From the NCBI RefSeq assembly GCF_056712565.1, contig NZ_CM160072.1: a stretch of 64,000 nucleotides of DNA; one strand, given 5' to 3'. The notes under the pieces are model-generated. The model was not told the DNA's origin, did not search any database, and saw only the letters and a list, made by a program, of their open reading frames with translations. Made by a program: the position numbers and the translations under genes. Below are positions 46,356-57,209 of this stretch, piece by piece. The stretch's first letter is position 1, and the number at the start of each line of letters is the position of its first letter.

Positions 46356-47114
46356 TCAATTCTGCAAAACCGATGACACCAGCAACTGGGTATACGGATG
46401 GTGCGGGTCGTCGAGCACGCGGTCGGTTAACCCACTCTCCACCACTTTCCCTTGCTTCATTACCAGCAAACGGTCCGCCAGCAGACGGGCGACGCCTAAA
46501 TCGTGGGTGACAATCACCACCGCCAGGTTAAGCTCCATCACCAGACCGCGGAGCAGGTCCAGCAGGCGCGCCTGTACCGACACATCCAGCCCGCCAGTGG
46601 GTTCATCCATAAACACCAGCTTCGGATGCGTCACCAGGTTGCGGGCAATCTGCAAACGTTGCTGCATGCCGCCGGAAAAGGTGGTCGGCAGGTCGTCGAT
46701 CCGGTTGGCGGGAATCTCCACCTCTTCCAGCCATTTCTGCGCGGTGGCGCGAATATCGCCGTAATGACGCGCTCCGGTTGCCATCAACCGTTCGCCGATA
46801 TTGCCGCCTGCCGACACCTGGCGGCGCAGGCCGTCAAGCGGATGCTGATGCACCACACCCCATTCGGTGCGCAGCAGGCGACGGCGGTCGGCCTCGCTCA
46901 TCGCGTACAGCGAACGGTTCTCGTAGCGAATTTCCCCTTGCTGTGGTGTCAGGCGGGCGGAGATCGACTTCAGCAGCGTGGTCTTCCCGGAGCCGGACTC
47001 CCCAACAATGCCCAGAACTTCTCCCGGCCATAAATCAAAAGAGACATCGCTGAAGCCTTTGCCCGGGGCATAAAGGTGGGTCAGGTTATTGACCGAAAGT
47101 AACGGTTGATTCAT
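46356..47114 (-). CDS. phnK: C-P lyase ATP-binding component
   Basis: 252 aa from [11 protein letters not shown]; Walker [13 protein letters not shown] overlap with phnJ stop. Confidence 0.9.
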   Translation of the reverse strand: MNQPLLSVNNLTHLYAPGKGFSDVSFDLWPGEVLGIVGESGSGKTTLLKSISARLTPQQGEIRYENRSLYAMSEADRRRLLRTEWGVVHQHPLDGLRRQVSAGGNIGERLMATGARHYGDIRATAQKWLEEVEIPANRIDDLPTTFSGGMQQRLQIARNLVTHPKLVFMDEPTGGLDVSVQARLLDLLRGLVMELNLAVVIVTHDLGVARLLADRLLVMKQGKVVESGLTDRVLDDPHHPYTQLLVSSVLQN

Positions 47115-47956
47115 TGGCTTTTGGCCTCGTTCTGTTGGCGGCAATAATCGGTATCGGAGCAGACAAACATGCGGTTTCCGGCGTCATCCAGCACCACTTC
47201 GTCGAGGTAACTGTGGGTCGATCCGCAGATGGCGCATGGTTCATCCCACTGCTGGACGGTGAACGGATGATCATCGAAATCGAGGCTTTCCACGCGGGTA
47301 AACGGTGGCACGGCATAGATGCGCTTCTCGCGCCCCGCGCCAAACAGTTGCAGGGCGGGCATCATGTCCATTTTCGGGTTATCGAATTTCGGGATCGGCG
47401 ACGGGTCCATTACGTAGCGCCCGTTCACCTTCACCGGATAGGCGTAGGTGGTGGCGATATGACCGAAGCGGGCGATATCTTCATACAGTTTCACCTGCAT
47501 CACGCCGTACTCCTCCAGCGCGTGCATGGTGCGCGTTTCCGTCTCACGCGGCTCAATAAAGCGCAGCGGTTCGGGGATCGGCACCTGGAAGATAATGATC
47601 TGATCTTCGGTCAGCGGCGTTTCGGGTATGCGGTGACGCGTCTGGATAAGTGTCGCATCGTCCGTGCGCTCGGTGGTGTTCACCCCGGTCACGCGCTTAA
47701 AGAAGTTACGAATCGACACGGCGTTGGTGGTATCGTCTGCGCCCTGGTCAATCACCTTCAACACGTCGCTTTCGCCAATCACGCTGGCGGTGAGCTGAAT
47801 GCCGCCGGTTCCCCAGCCGTAGGGCATCGGCATCTCGCGTCCGCCAAACGGCACCTGATAACCGGGGATTGCCACCGCTTTTAAGATAGCGCGGCGGATC
47901 ATGCGTTTGGTCTGCTCGTCGAGGTAAGCAAAGTTGTAGCCGCTCAGATTAGCCAT
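47111..47956 (-). CDS. phnJ: C-P lyase catalytic subunit (radical SAM-like, Cys-rich C-terminus)
   Basis: 281 aa from MANLSGYNFAYLDEQ; C-terminal CAICGSTHSYLDE..CSDTDYC cluster. Confidence 0.9.
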   Translation of the reverse strand: MANLSGYNFAYLDEQTKRMIRRAILKAVAIPGYQVPFGGREMPMPYGWGTGGIQLTASVIGESDVLKVIDQGADDTTNAVSIRNFFKRVTGVNTTERTDDATLIQTRHRIPETPLTEDQIIIFQVPIPEPLRFIEPRETETRTMHALEEYGVMQVKLYEDIARFGHIATTYAYPVKVNGRYVMDPSPIPKFDNPKMDMMPALQLFGAGREKRIYAVPPFTRVESLDFDDHPFTVQQWDEPCAICGSTHSYLDEVVLDDAGNRMFVCSDTDYCRQQNEAKSQ

Positions 47957-49013
47957 GGTTCTGCTCCTGTTGCAGACGTTTGAGTAGCTCCAGTTCGGCC
48001 TGGAAATCGACGTAGTGCGGGAGTTTGAGATGCGAAACAAAGCCTGCGGCTTCGACGTTGTCGGCATGGGCCAGCACGAACTCTTCATCCTGTGCCGGAC
48101 CTGTTGCGTGCTCGCCGTATTCCGGTGCCTGCAACGCACGGTCAACCAGCGCCATCGCCATTGCTTTGCGCTCGCTCATGCCGAACACCAGCCCATAGCC
48201 GCGTGTAAAATGCGGTGGTTCATCCGGCGGGTCGATAAAACCGTTGACCATTTCACACTCGGTCATCAACAATTCGCCGACGTTCACCGCAAATCCCAGC
48301 TCTTCCGGCACAATAAATATATCGATATAGCCACTGCGAATTTCGCCTGCGAACGGGTGATTGCGCCCGTAACCGCGTTGGGTGGAGTAGGCCAGCGCCA
48401 ACAAATAGCCTTCGTCACCGCGCATTAATTGTTGTAGACGGGAAGAACGCGAACAGGGATAAACCGGCGGCGTGCGGGTGATGTCGTCCGGTTGTGCGCC
48501 GCTATCTTCTTCAAACTTCGCCAGCCCCTGACGCGCCAGCAGGCTGAAGACGTGTGGCGACGGTTGCTGTTCGCTGTCAGCGGTGGTCAGCGTTGGCGTT
48601 TCGCCGTTTGCCAGCAGGGTGAAATCGAGCAGGCGATGGGTGTAGTCGTAGGTGGGGCCAAGCAGTTGGCCGCCGGGAATGTCTTTATAAATTGCTGAAA
48701 TACGCCGTTCGAGACGCATCCCGGTGGTGTCGAGCGGCTCACTGACCGCCAGCTTCGCCAGCGTGGTGCGGTAGGCGCGCAACAGGAAAATCGCTTCGAC
48801 GTTATCGCCGCTGGCCTGTTTCAGCGCCAGCGCGGCCAGCTCGCGGTCGGCAATACCGCCTTCGGTCATCACGCGATCTACCGCGAGGTTAAGCTGCTGT
48901 TCAATCTGGGCGACGCTCAGTTCAGGCAAATCAGTATCGCCCCGGCGTCGGCTCTCTTGCAGGGCGTGGGCGGCGTCGATCGCCTTTTCGCCCCCTTTCA
49001 CGGCAACGTACAT
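47949..49013 (-). CDS. phnI: C-P lyase core complex subunit
   Basis: 354 aa from [13 protein letters not shown]. Confidence 0.9.
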   Translation of the reverse strand: MYVAVKGGEKAIDAAHALQESRRRGDTDLPELSVAQIEQQLNLAVDRVMTEGGIADRELAALALKQASGDNVEAIFLLRAYRTTLAKLAVSEPLDTTGMRLERRISAIYKDIPGGQLLGPTYDYTHRLLDFTLLANGETPTLTTADSEQQPSPHVFSLLARQGLAKFEEDSGAQPDDITRTPPVYPCSRSSRLQQLMRGDEGYLLALAYSTQRGYGRNHPFAGEIRSGYIDIFIVPEELGFAVNVGELLMTECEMVNGFIDPPDEPPHFTRGYGLVFGMSERKAMAMALVDRALQAPEYGEHATGPAQDEEFVLAHADNVEAAGFVSHLKLPHYVDFQAELELLKRLQQEQNHG

Positions 49014-49597
49014 CAGCACACCTCCACATGAGTGGTTCGCGGAATAGCCAGCAGGCGCTCGCCGCAGGTCAGGATCAGGTCGATGCCGAGCGGGAACGGG
49101 TGCGGGCGCTCGGTAAGTTCATGAAGAATGCACTTTGGCAGTTGCGGGGCGATCATCCGTTCTTCGGCAATACCTGCGCCGGTGAGGCGCAACATACGCC
49201 CACCGCTCAGGCTGGTGACCTGTAAAATCAGCGTTGCGCCCGCTTCTGGTGCAACGGCAGTGCCGGTGGAAAGGGCGTTGAGCTGCTCGCTGGAGATCGC
49301 CTCATCTGTTACCGCGAAGGTCGCCTGTTTCGGCTGATTAACCAGCGGCGCGTTGGTATGAAAACGCAGGCTCTGATTGACGATATCGTTGCTCAATGGC
49401 GCGGCAAGCCACACCGGCGTGTCGTTATCGGCCAGCGTCAGCAGCACGCTGGTGGTGGCGATATTCAGCGGCTGCCAGCCGCGCTTGAGCTGATGCAGGG
49501 CGACAATCACGCCCGGCTCGCTCATGGCCTTTAACAGGCGACGAAAACTGTGTTGGGCATCCTGCACGGGAAGCATAAAAGCGGTTTCCAGGGTCAT
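49013..49597 (-). CDS. phnH: C-P lyase core complex subunit
   Basis: 194-aa ORF, overlaps phnI start. Confidence 0.9.
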   Translation of the reverse strand: MTLETAFMLPVQDAQHSFRRLLKAMSEPGVIVALHQLKRGWQPLNIATTSVLLTLADNDTPVWLAAPLSNDIVNQSLRFHTNAPLVNQPKQATFAVTDEAISSEQLNALSTGTAVAPEAGATLILQVTSLSGGRMLRLTGAGIAEERMIAPQLPKCILHELTERPHPFPLGIDLILTCGERLLAIPRTTHVEVC

Positions 49598-50046
49598 GCG
49601 TTGTCTCCGCGAACCATCGTAAAGAAGTCGACCCGGCTGGCGTTCACTTCGGCCTGGCGCGCGGCAATGCGTGCCATACGGTCAGCGTCCAGCGGGGTGA
49701 TAAGGGTTTCTGATAAGTTTTGAAAGTGGCGGTTTTGCTGCATCAGCGCATCAATCAGCGCACAACGTTCGGCGTGCTGTTTGTCGCGCCCCAGCACCCA
49801 GCTATAGCCGAGCGTGCCGTCAGTCAGACGCACGGCGGCGCGGGTGAGCGTGGCGTCGCCAGCAAAAAAGCGTTCGCCGGTGCCGCCCATTCGCGCCTGA
49901 ATCTGCACCAGGCCAGTTTCAGCGGCGCGGATCACCTCATAATCGGCGTTGATGTTCAGCGCGTTCAGGCGGGCTGCCAGTTCAGCCGGTTGGCTGTGCG
50001 CCAGCACGGACATCCAGTGCTGGCGGGTCGCGGTATCTGCGTGCAT
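49594..50046 (-). CDS. phnG: C-P lyase core complex subunit
   Basis: 150-aa ORF. Confidence 0.9.
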   Translation of the reverse strand: MHADTATRQHWMSVLAHSQPAELAARLNALNINADYEVIRAAETGLVQIQARMGGTGERFFAGDATLTRAAVRLTDGTLGYSWVLGRDKQHAERCALIDALMQQNRHFQNLSETLITPLDADRMARIAARQAEVNASRVDFFTMVRGDNA

Positions 50047-50772
50047 TCAGTGCTCCATAGTGAATTCAATCATGTCGGCGCGCGTCAGGCTGACGGAGTA
50101 CTCCGCCGGGCTGCTTTCACCGTCACGGTGGTTAAGGGTGCGCACGCACAGCAGCGGCGACATATTCGGGATTTCAAGACGCTGGCACTCTTTGGCCTGG
50201 GCGCGGCGGGCGCTGATCCGCGTCTGGCTGCGTCGTAGCGTAATCCCCGTTTGCTCGCGCAGAAAATCGTGCAGCGAACCGCTGTCGAAACGTTGCAGCG
50301 TCGGCCAGAGGGTGAGGTCCGCAAAGTAGTGGTCGATTAAACAGAGCGCGACGCCGTTGACCCGACGCAGGGTGCGCAGGTGGATGACGTTCTCCCCCTC
50401 GGTTATCCCCAGCGCGTCAGCGACGTGACCGGAGGCGGGGCGCAGCACCGATAGCAATTTTTCGCTGGTGGGATGGCTGCCCTGGTCCAGCAGGTTCTGG
50501 CTAAAACGCGCCTGGGCGTTGAGCGGGTAATCGAACGGGCGCATCAGCACCAGTACGCCGACGCCCTGACGGCGCTGTACCCAGCCTTTTTCCACCAGTT
50601 GGTCGATGGCGCGGCGCAGGGTGTGGCGGTTCACCTCAAAGCGCGCCGCCAGTTGCTGCTCGGCGGGAAGATAGTCGCCGCAGCGGTAGTGTTGACGAAG
50701 CTCCTGCTCAAGTTTTGCGGCTATCTCCTGATAGCGTGTTGGGTAGCTGGTCGGATGTGTAGACAAGTGCAT
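50047..50772 (-). CDS. phnF: GntR-family repressor of the phn operon
   Basis: 241 aa from MHLSTHPTSYPTRYQEIAAK. Confidence 0.9.
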   Translation of the reverse strand: MHLSTHPTSYPTRYQEIAAKLEQELRQHYRCGDYLPAEQQLAARFEVNRHTLRRAIDQLVEKGWVQRRQGVGVLVLMRPFDYPLNAQARFSQNLLDQGSHPTSEKLLSVLRPASGHVADALGITEGENVIHLRTLRRVNGVALCLIDHYFADLTLWPTLQRFDSGSLHDFLREQTGITLRRSQTRISARRAQAKECQRLEIPNMSPLLCVRTLNHRDGESSPAEYSVSLTRADMIEFTMEH

Positions 50773-50792
50773 AGCCATCAATGCCTCGCTTA

Positions 50793-51635
50793 TCAGATAA
50801 AGTGCTTACGCAACCGTTGAGAGAGGAAATCCAGCAGGCTGACCGTGACGATGATGAGCACCATCAGGGCGCAGGTTTGCTGGAACTGGAAACCGCGAAT
50901 CGCTTCCCACAGCGTGACGCCGATCCCGCTCGCGCCAACCATACCGACGACGGTCGCCGAGCGGACGTTGGATTCGAAGCGATAGAGAGAGTAGGAAATC
51001 AGCAGCGGCATGACCTGCGGTAGTACGCCGTAGAGGATCTCTTCCAGCTTGTTGGCACCGGTAGCGCGAATGCCCTCCACCGGGCCGGGTTCAATCGCTT
51101 CTACCGCTTCGGAAAGCAGTTTGGAAAGTACGCCGGTGGTGTGGATAAACAGCGCCAGCACGCCAGCGAACGGGCCGAGGCCGACGGCGACCACGAACAG
51201 CATGGCGAAGACTATTTCGTTAATGGCGCGGCAGGCGTCCATCAGGCGGCGTACAGGTTGGTAGACCCACCACGGTACCAGGTTTTCAGCGCTCATCAGG
51301 CCGAAGGGGATGGAGAGAACCACCGCCAGCGCGGTGCCCCAGACGGCGATTTGCAGCGTGACGGCCATTTCGGTGAGGTAATCCTGCCACTGGCTGAAAT
51401 CGGGCGGGAAGAAGTCGGCGGCGAACGTCGCCATGTTGCCGCCATCTTTAATCAGCGTAAGCGGTGCCATTTCCGCGCCCTGCCACGAGACGACCAGCAC
51501 GGCGATAACAACGGCCCAGCTCAGAAGCGAGAACCAGCTGCGCTTGGGTGGGGCGATGGTGATGGTTTGCATGTTTGGCTCCGGTCTGTAGGCCGGATAA
51601 GGTGCTTGCACCGCATCCGGCATCAACGTCTGCAC
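50793..51635 (-). CDS. phnE: Phosphonate ABC transporter permease; open reading frame uninterrupted
   Basis: Continuous 280-aa ORF (internal alternative start [10 protein letters not shown] possible) with polytopic topology. Confidence 0.85.
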   Translation of the reverse strand: MQTLMPDAVQAPYPAYRPEPNMQTITIAPPKRSWFSLLSWAVVIAVLVVSWQGAEMAPLTLIKDGGNMATFAADFFPPDFSQWQDYLTEMAVTLQIAVWGTALAVVLSIPFGLMSAENLVPWWVYQPVRRLMDACRAINEIVFAMLFVVAVGLGPFAGVLALFIHTTGVLSKLLSEAVEAIEPGPVEGIRATGANKLEEILYGVLPQVMPLLISYSLYRFESNVRSATVVGMVGASGIGVTLWEAIRGFQFQQTCALMVLIIVTVSLLDFLSQRLRKHFI

Positions 51636-51680
51636 ATTGTCGGATGCGACGCCGGGGCGTCTTATCCGACCTACGATTTA
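51585..51680. repeat. REP element pair between phnE and phnD
   Basis: GTAGGCCGGATAAGG..CATCCGGC and CGGATGCGACG..CGTCTTATCCGACCTAC palindromes. Confidence 0.8.
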
Positions 51681-52694
51681 CTGCACCGCTTTACTCACCG
51701 AACTCATTGCGCTTAACGCGTTGTTCAGGCGGTCCAAATCATCCAGTTGCGCCTGAATGGCGGTGGTTTTTGCCAGCTTGTCCTGTTCGTTCAGCCCTTT
51801 GTTGTCCTTCACGCTTTGCATCTCTTTAAACAGCGCGAGCTGGCGAATCGGCACCAGTTGCAGGTCGCTGGAGGCGCGGAACGGCGCCCAGCCCAGGCGT
51901 TCCAGCACCGCTTTCTCTTCCGGCGTTTTGCCGTAGTTCATAAAGAAGTCGTAGATCTTGTCTTTGGTGGTTTCGGACAGATTTTTGCGCCAGACGATCG
52001 GATCGCCTGGGATCAGCGGCGATTTCCAGATCACCTTCAGTTCTTTGAGCTTCTCCGGCGCGGAGGTTTTCAGCTTGTCGAGGTTTTCGGTGTTATTGGT
52101 CGCCACATCCACTTGCTTGTTGGCGACGGCCAGCGCATTGGTTTCATGCCCGGCGTTGACGGTGCGCTTGAAGTCGCTGGCGGAGATATTGTTTTTAGCG
52201 AAGACGTAGTAACCGGGGACGAGGAAGCCGGAGGTAGAGTTAGGATCGCCATTGCCGAAGGTGAGATCTTTCCGCTTCGCCAGCAGATCGTTCAGGTTGT
52301 TGATCGGGCTATCTTTGTTGACGATCAACACGCTCCAGTAACCCGGCGATCCATCCGCCGCGACCGTCTGGGCGAAGACCTGGCCGTTGGCGCGATCCAC
52401 CGCTTCCATCGCCGACAGGTTGCCGTACCAGGCGATATCCACTTTATTGAAGCGCATCCCCTGGATAATGCCCGCGTAGTCCGGGGCAAAGAAGGCGTTG
52501 ACCTTTACGCCCAGCTTCTTCTCCATATCCTGTAAGAACGGCGTCCATTGCGGTTTCAGGTTTTGCTGTGATTCCGTTGAAATAATGCCGAAATTCAGCG
52601 CCTTTTCCTGCTCTTCGGCGTATGCCGGATTTAACAGGGTGCTGAGGCTGAACATGCTGGTGAAGGCCAGCGAGGCAATTATCTTAGCGTTCAT
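51678..52694 (-). CDS. phnD: Phosphonate ABC transporter periplasmic binding protein
   Basis: 338-aa ORF with signal peptide. Confidence 0.9.
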   Translation of the reverse strand: MNAKIIASLAFTSMFSLSTLLNPAYAEEQEKALNFGIISTESQQNLKPQWTPFLQDMEKKLGVKVNAFFAPDYAGIIQGMRFNKVDIAWYGNLSAMEAVDRANGQVFAQTVAADGSPGYWSVLIVNKDSPINNLNDLLAKRKDLTFGNGDPNSTSGFLVPGYYVFAKNNISASDFKRTVNAGHETNALAVANKQVDVATNNTENLDKLKTSAPEKLKELKVIWKSPLIPGDPIVWRKNLSETTKDKIYDFFMNYGKTPEEKAVLERLGWAPFRASSDLQLVPIRQLALFKEMQSVKDNKGLNEQDKLAKTTAIQAQLDDLDRLNNALSAMSSVSKAVQ

Positions 52695-52718
52695 TCGTTT
52701 TCCTCAATGATGGGGATG

Positions 52719-53507
52719 TCAGGCAGCTTTCGCGTTCTCTTCGACGCGGTTAATGCTGCGGTAGAGATGGTCAAAACGTTCGTTATCAAACTGTTGGCTG
52801 CAGCCGTCGTAGAAGACGTGCCCCTGGCGCAGGGCGACGATGCGTTCGCAGTAGCGCAGGGCGTAATCCACCTGATGCAGCGTGACGACCACGGTAATGC
52901 CGTCGTTCTGGTTGATGTCGCGCAGGGTGTCCATCACGATGCGTGCCGATTCCGGGTCCAGCGAGGCGATGGGTTCGTCAGCGAGAATGACCTTCGCCTG
53001 CTGCATCAGCGCGCGGGCAATCGCCACACGCTGTTGCTGGCCGCCGGAGAGTGTGGAAACGCGTTGATGGGCAAAGTGCACCATGCCAACGCGGGTCAGC
53101 GCCTGTAACGCGCGCTGTTTCTGCTCGCGGGTGAAGTAGCTAAAACAGGTTCGCCAGAATGGCGTGCTGCCGAGCGCGCCAATCAGCACGTTCTCCAGTA
53201 CGCTCAGGCGATTCACCAGGTTGAATTGTTGAAAGATGTAGCCGGTATGGGCGCGGCTTTTACGGATATCGCGGGCCAGACGGCCTTCGCGCTGGACAGT
53301 GCGGCCCAGCAGCTCGATATGGCTACCGACAGATTTATCGCCGGTAATCAAACCGCTTAAGTGACGTAAAAGGGTGGATTTTCCGGAACCCGACGGCCCA
53401 AGCAGAGCCACCATTTCACCATGATGAATGTTCAGATCAACCGCGTGCAGCGCCTGATGCTGATTGAAGGTTTTGGCGAGCTTCTCGACACGGATAATCG
53501 TTTGCAT
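52719..53507 (-). CDS. phnC: Phosphonate ABC transporter ATP-binding protein
   Basis: 262-aa ORF, Walker [10 protein letters not shown]. Confidence 0.9.
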   Translation of the reverse strand: MQTIIRVEKLAKTFNQHQALHAVDLNIHHGEMVALLGPSGSGKSTLLRHLSGLITGDKSVGSHIELLGRTVQREGRLARDIRKSRAHTGYIFQQFNLVNRLSVLENVLIGALGSTPFWRTCFSYFTREQKQRALQALTRVGMVHFAHQRVSTLSGGQQQRVAIARALMQQAKVILADEPIASLDPESARIVMDTLRDINQNDGITVVVTLHQVDYALRYCERIVALRQGHVFYDGCSQQFDNERFDHLYRSINRVEENAKAA

Positions 53508-53547
53508 GATGCAGCCTCCCTAAAAAAGTGGCTCCATCGTGGCGGAT

Positions 53548-53584
53548 TATTGTGACGATTTGGTTAATTAAAAGTGACTAACAG
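53548..53584 (-). promoter_or_regulatory. Pho box (PhoB binding repeats) of the phnC promoter
   Basis: Minus strand reads CTGTTAGTCACTTTTAATTAACCAAATCGTCACAAT, direct repeats resembling CTGTCAT-N4 units, about 40-75 bp upstream of the phnC ATG. Confidence 0.5.
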
Positions 53585-53639
53585 ATGAAGAGTTAACGGG
53601 AATTCGATGACAGTGCGGGAGGGTGGGCCTCCCGGCGGG

Positions 53640-54083
53640 TTATTGCGTTGGCTGTTGTTTGACGACATTAATCATCCACGGTACGCCAAATTTATCGGTG
53701 ACTTTGCCGAAGCCATGCGCCCAGAAAGTTTCCTGCCAGGCCATTTCGATTTTTCCGTTAGCGGCAAGGTTGTCAAACCAGCGTTTTCCTTCTTCGACCT
53801 GTTGCGAATCGAGCACCAGCGTAAAGCCGGAGTAGCTGGCTTTTCCTGACGGTATAGCATCGCTCATCATGATGTCGCTTCCTGCAATGCGCACGTTGGC
53901 ATGAGCGATGGCGGTATCGGGAAATTGCATTCCGGAAGGGCAGTTTTCGGCGCTGTCCTGCGCTGATTTCGGCATTTCGCCGAAGCTGATTTTATAGAGC
54001 AGTTCCGCGCCCAACGTACGTTGATAATAGGCAATCGCGTCGGAACAGTTACCGGCAAAAGAGAGGTAGGGACTTAACGGCAT
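53640..54083 (-). CDS. yjdN: Glyoxalase/bleomycin-resistance-fold protein (PhnB-like)
   Basis: 147-aa ORF, synteny. Confidence 0.85.
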   Translation of the reverse strand: MPLSPYLSFAGNCSDAIAYYQRTLGAELLYKISFGEMPKSAQDSAENCPSGMQFPDTAIAHANVRIAGSDIMMSDAIPSGKASYSGFTLVLDSQQVEEGKRWFDNLAANGKIEMAWQETFWAHGFGKVTDKFGVPWMINVVKQQPTQ

Positions 54084-54147
54084 GATGGTGACCTCAGTTA
54101 AGAGAAGCCCGTTAAGTGTAGTTCGAAATTTATACAGATGAGAGGGA

Positions 54148-54230
<83 letters not shown>

Positions 54231-54242
54231 ATCACAATACAA

Positions 54243-54578
54243 TCAGTTCTTTTTCACAAACTCAGATTTCAGTTTCATCGGACCAAAACCGTCGATTTTG
54301 CAATCGATGTTATGGTCGCCTTCAACCAGGCGGATGTTTTTCACTTTGGTGCCAATTTTCAGCATCGAAGAGCTACCTTTCACCTTCAGATCTTTAATGA
54401 TGGTCACGCTGTCGCCGTCAGCCAGCAGATTGCCGTTAGCATCTTTAACGATCAGCTCGTCGCTTTCCTGTGCAGGTTCTGCGTCGTTCCATTCGTAGGC
54501 ACATTCCGGGCAGATGTACATGCCGTTATCTTCGTAGGTGTATTCGGAGTTGCATTTTGGGCAGTGTGGTAATGACAT
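54243..54578 (-). CDS. yjdM: Zinc-ribbon protein PhnA/YjdM
   Basis: 111 aa from [30 protein letters not shown] (two CxxC pairs). Confidence 0.85.
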
Positions 54579-54980
54579 GTGGATTTCCTCAAAAGTCAGC
54601 AGGGCAAAAGCGCCAAAAAACGGCAGATTGCCGAAAAAGGCCGCAATTATACACAAAATCCCTGAGTTTGTCGGGGGTACTGCTGATTTTAGACGACGAT
54701 CGTTTTCATTTGAAAGGAAACGCAAAAAGAAAATAATCTTTTTGCCTCCATTTATTATTTAAGATAAGGTTAATGCTCTACATGTTCTTTTTTTAATTCA
54801 AATGATATTTTTTATCTTTCTGACGTTTTAAACGTATCGGAAGACGTTATTTATTCTAATAAAAAACAACACTCTAAATATAAAATTATTTCTTGCAGTA
54901 ATTATAAAAGCCGAAAACAGAACTCAAAAACAATCTGGCTAAATAAAAGTAATAAAATTTGCTTTAAGGAAAAATTTTCT

Positions 54981-57209
54981 ATGTACACACAGACCCTGTA
55001 TGAGTTAAGTCAGGAGGCTGAACGCCTGTTACAGCTTTCTCGCCAACAGTTGCAGTTACTGGAAAAAATGCCTCTCTCTGTACCCGGAGACGATGCGCCA
55101 CAACTGGCTTTACCCTGGAGTCAGCCTAATATCGCCGAACGTCACGCGATGCTGAATAATGAGTTGCGTAAAATTTCCCGACTGGAAATGGTGCTGGCGA
55201 TTGCCGGTACTATGAAAGCAGGGAAATCAACCACCATTAATGCCATTGTTGGTACGGAGGTTCTGCCTAATCGCAATCGCCCAATGACTGCGCTGCCAAC
55301 GCTTATTCGCCATACGCCCGGGCAAAAAGAACCGGTACTGCATTTTTCACATGTCGCGCCAATCGACCATTTAATTCAACAATTACAACAGCGCCTGCGT
55401 GATTGCGATATTAAGCATCTGACCGATGTGCTGGAAATAGATAAAGATATGCGTGCGCTTATGCAGCGGATTGAAAATGGCATCGCTTTCGAAAAATATT
55501 ATCTGGGTGCTCAACCTATTTTTCATTGTCTGAAAAGTTTGAATGATTTGGTGCGACTGGCGAAGGCGCTGGACGTCGATTTTCCTTTTTCTGCTTACGC
55601 CGCCATTGAGCATATTCCCGTGATTGAAGTGGAGTTTGTCCATCTGGCGGGGCTGGAGAGTTATCCCGGTCAGTTGACGTTACTGGATACCCCCGGGCCA
55701 AATGAAGCCGGGCAACCGCATCTGCAAAAAATGCTTAACCAGCAGCTGGCACGCGCCTCGGCGGTACTGGCGGTGCTGGATTATACGCAACTGAAATCGA
55801 TCTCCGATGAAGAGGTCCGTGAGGCAATTTTGGCGGTGGGGCAATCGGTGCCGTTGTATGTGCTGGTCAATAAGTTCGATCAACAGGATCGTAACAGTGA
55901 CGACGCCGACCAGGTGCGGGCACTGATTTCCGGAACGCTGATGAAAGGCTGTATTACGCCACAGCAGATATTTCCGGTGTCGTCGATGTGGGGCTACCTG
56001 GCGAATCGGGCGCGCCATGAGTTAGCCAACAACGGTAAGTTACCACCGCCAGAGCAACAACGCTGGGTGGAAGATTTTGCCCATGCCGCGCTCGGCAGGC
56101 GCTGGCGTCATGCCGATCTGGCGGACCTCGAACATATTCGCCATGCTGCCGATCAGTTGTGGGAAGATTCGCTGTTCGCCCAGCCAATTCAGGCGTTGCT
56201 TCATGCCGCTTACGCTAACGCCTCGTTGTATGCTCTGCGATCTGCCGCGCATAAACTGTTGAATTACGCGCAGCAGGCGCGGGAATACCTGGATTTTCGT
56301 GCGCACGGGTTAAACGTCGCTTGTGAACAATTGCAGCAAAATATCCATCAGGTCGAAGAAAGTTTGCAGCTATTGCAACTCAATCAGGCGCAGGTGAGCG
56401 GCGAGATTAAACATGAAATCGAGTTGGCCCTGACCTCCACCAACCACTTTCTGCGTCAACAGCAAGATGCGGTGAATGCGCAGTTAGCCGCGTTGTTTCA
56501 GGATGATTCGGAGTCGTTAAGTGAGATGCGTACCCGCTGTGAGACACTGTTACAGACGGCGCAGAACACCATCAGTCGCGACTTTACGCTGCGCTTTGCC
56601 GAGCTTGAGTCCACCCTTTGCCGGGTGTTAACCGATGTTATTCGCCCCATTGAGCAACAAGTCAAAATGGAATTGAGTGAGTCTGGGTTTCGTCCTGGGT
56701 TTCATTTTCCTGTTTTTCACGGCGTAGTTCCCCACTTCAACACCCGCCAGCTGTTCAGCGATGCAATATCCCGTCAGGAAGCAACGGATGAGCAGATCAC
56801 CCGTTTTGGCGTTGTGCGTGAGATTTTTTCGCGCTGGTTGAATCAGCCCGACTGGGGACGGGGAAATGAGAAATTCCCGACAGAGACGGTTGATTACAGT
56901 GTGTTGCAACGAGCATTAAGCGCAGAAGTCGATCTTTATTGCCAACAAATGGCTAAAGTTATGGCAGAGCAGGTCGATGAATCTGTTACGGCAGGCATGA
57001 ATACTTTTTTCGCTGAGTTCGCTTCATGTTTGACGGAATTACAGACGCGTTTACGCGAAAGTCTGGCTCTGCGTCAACAAAATGAATCCGTGGTCAGGCT
57101 GATGCAACAGCAATTGCAGCAGACTGTGATGACTCACGGCTGGATTTACACCGACGCTCAGCTGTTACGCGATGATATTCAAACACTTTTCACGGCAGAA
57201 CGATATTGA
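54981..57209 (+). CDS. crfC: Dynamin-like GTPase, clamp-binding sister replication fork colocalization protein
   Basis: 742-aa ORF with P-loop GTMKAGKST and dynamin-like DTPG motif. Confidence 0.9.
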   Translation: MYTQTLYELSQEAERLLQLSRQQLQLLEKMPLSVPGDDAPQLALPWSQPNIAERHAMLNNELRKISRLEMVLAIAGTMKAGKSTTINAIVGTEVLPNRNRPMTALPTLIRHTPGQKEPVLHFSHVAPIDHLIQQLQQRLRDCDIKHLTDVLEIDKDMRALMQRIENGIAFEKYYLGAQPIFHCLKSLNDLVRLAKALDVDFPFSAYAAIEHIPVIEVEFVHLAGLESYPGQLTLLDTPGPNEAGQPHLQKMLNQQLARASAVLAVLDYTQLKSISDEEVREAILAVGQSVPLYVLVNKFDQQDRNSDDADQVRALISGTLMKGCITPQQIFPVSSMWGYLANRARHELANNGKLPPPEQQRWVEDFAHAALGRRWRHADLADLEHIRHAADQLWEDSLFAQPIQALLHAAYANASLYALRSAAHKLLNYAQQAREYLDFRAHGLNVACEQLQQNIHQVEESLQLLQLNQAQVSGEIKHEIELALTSTNHFLRQQQDAVNAQLAALFQDDSESLSEMRTRCETLLQTAQNTISRDFTLRFAELESTLCRVLTDVIRPIEQQVKMELSESGFRPGFHFPVFHGVVPHFNTRQLFSDAISRQEATDEQITRFGVVREIFSRWLNQPDWGRGNEKFPTETVDYSVLQRALSAEVDLYCQQMAKVMAEQVDESVTAGMNTFFAEFASCLTELQTRLRESLALRQQNESVVRLMQQQLQQTVMTHGWIYTDAQLLRDDIQTLFTAERY

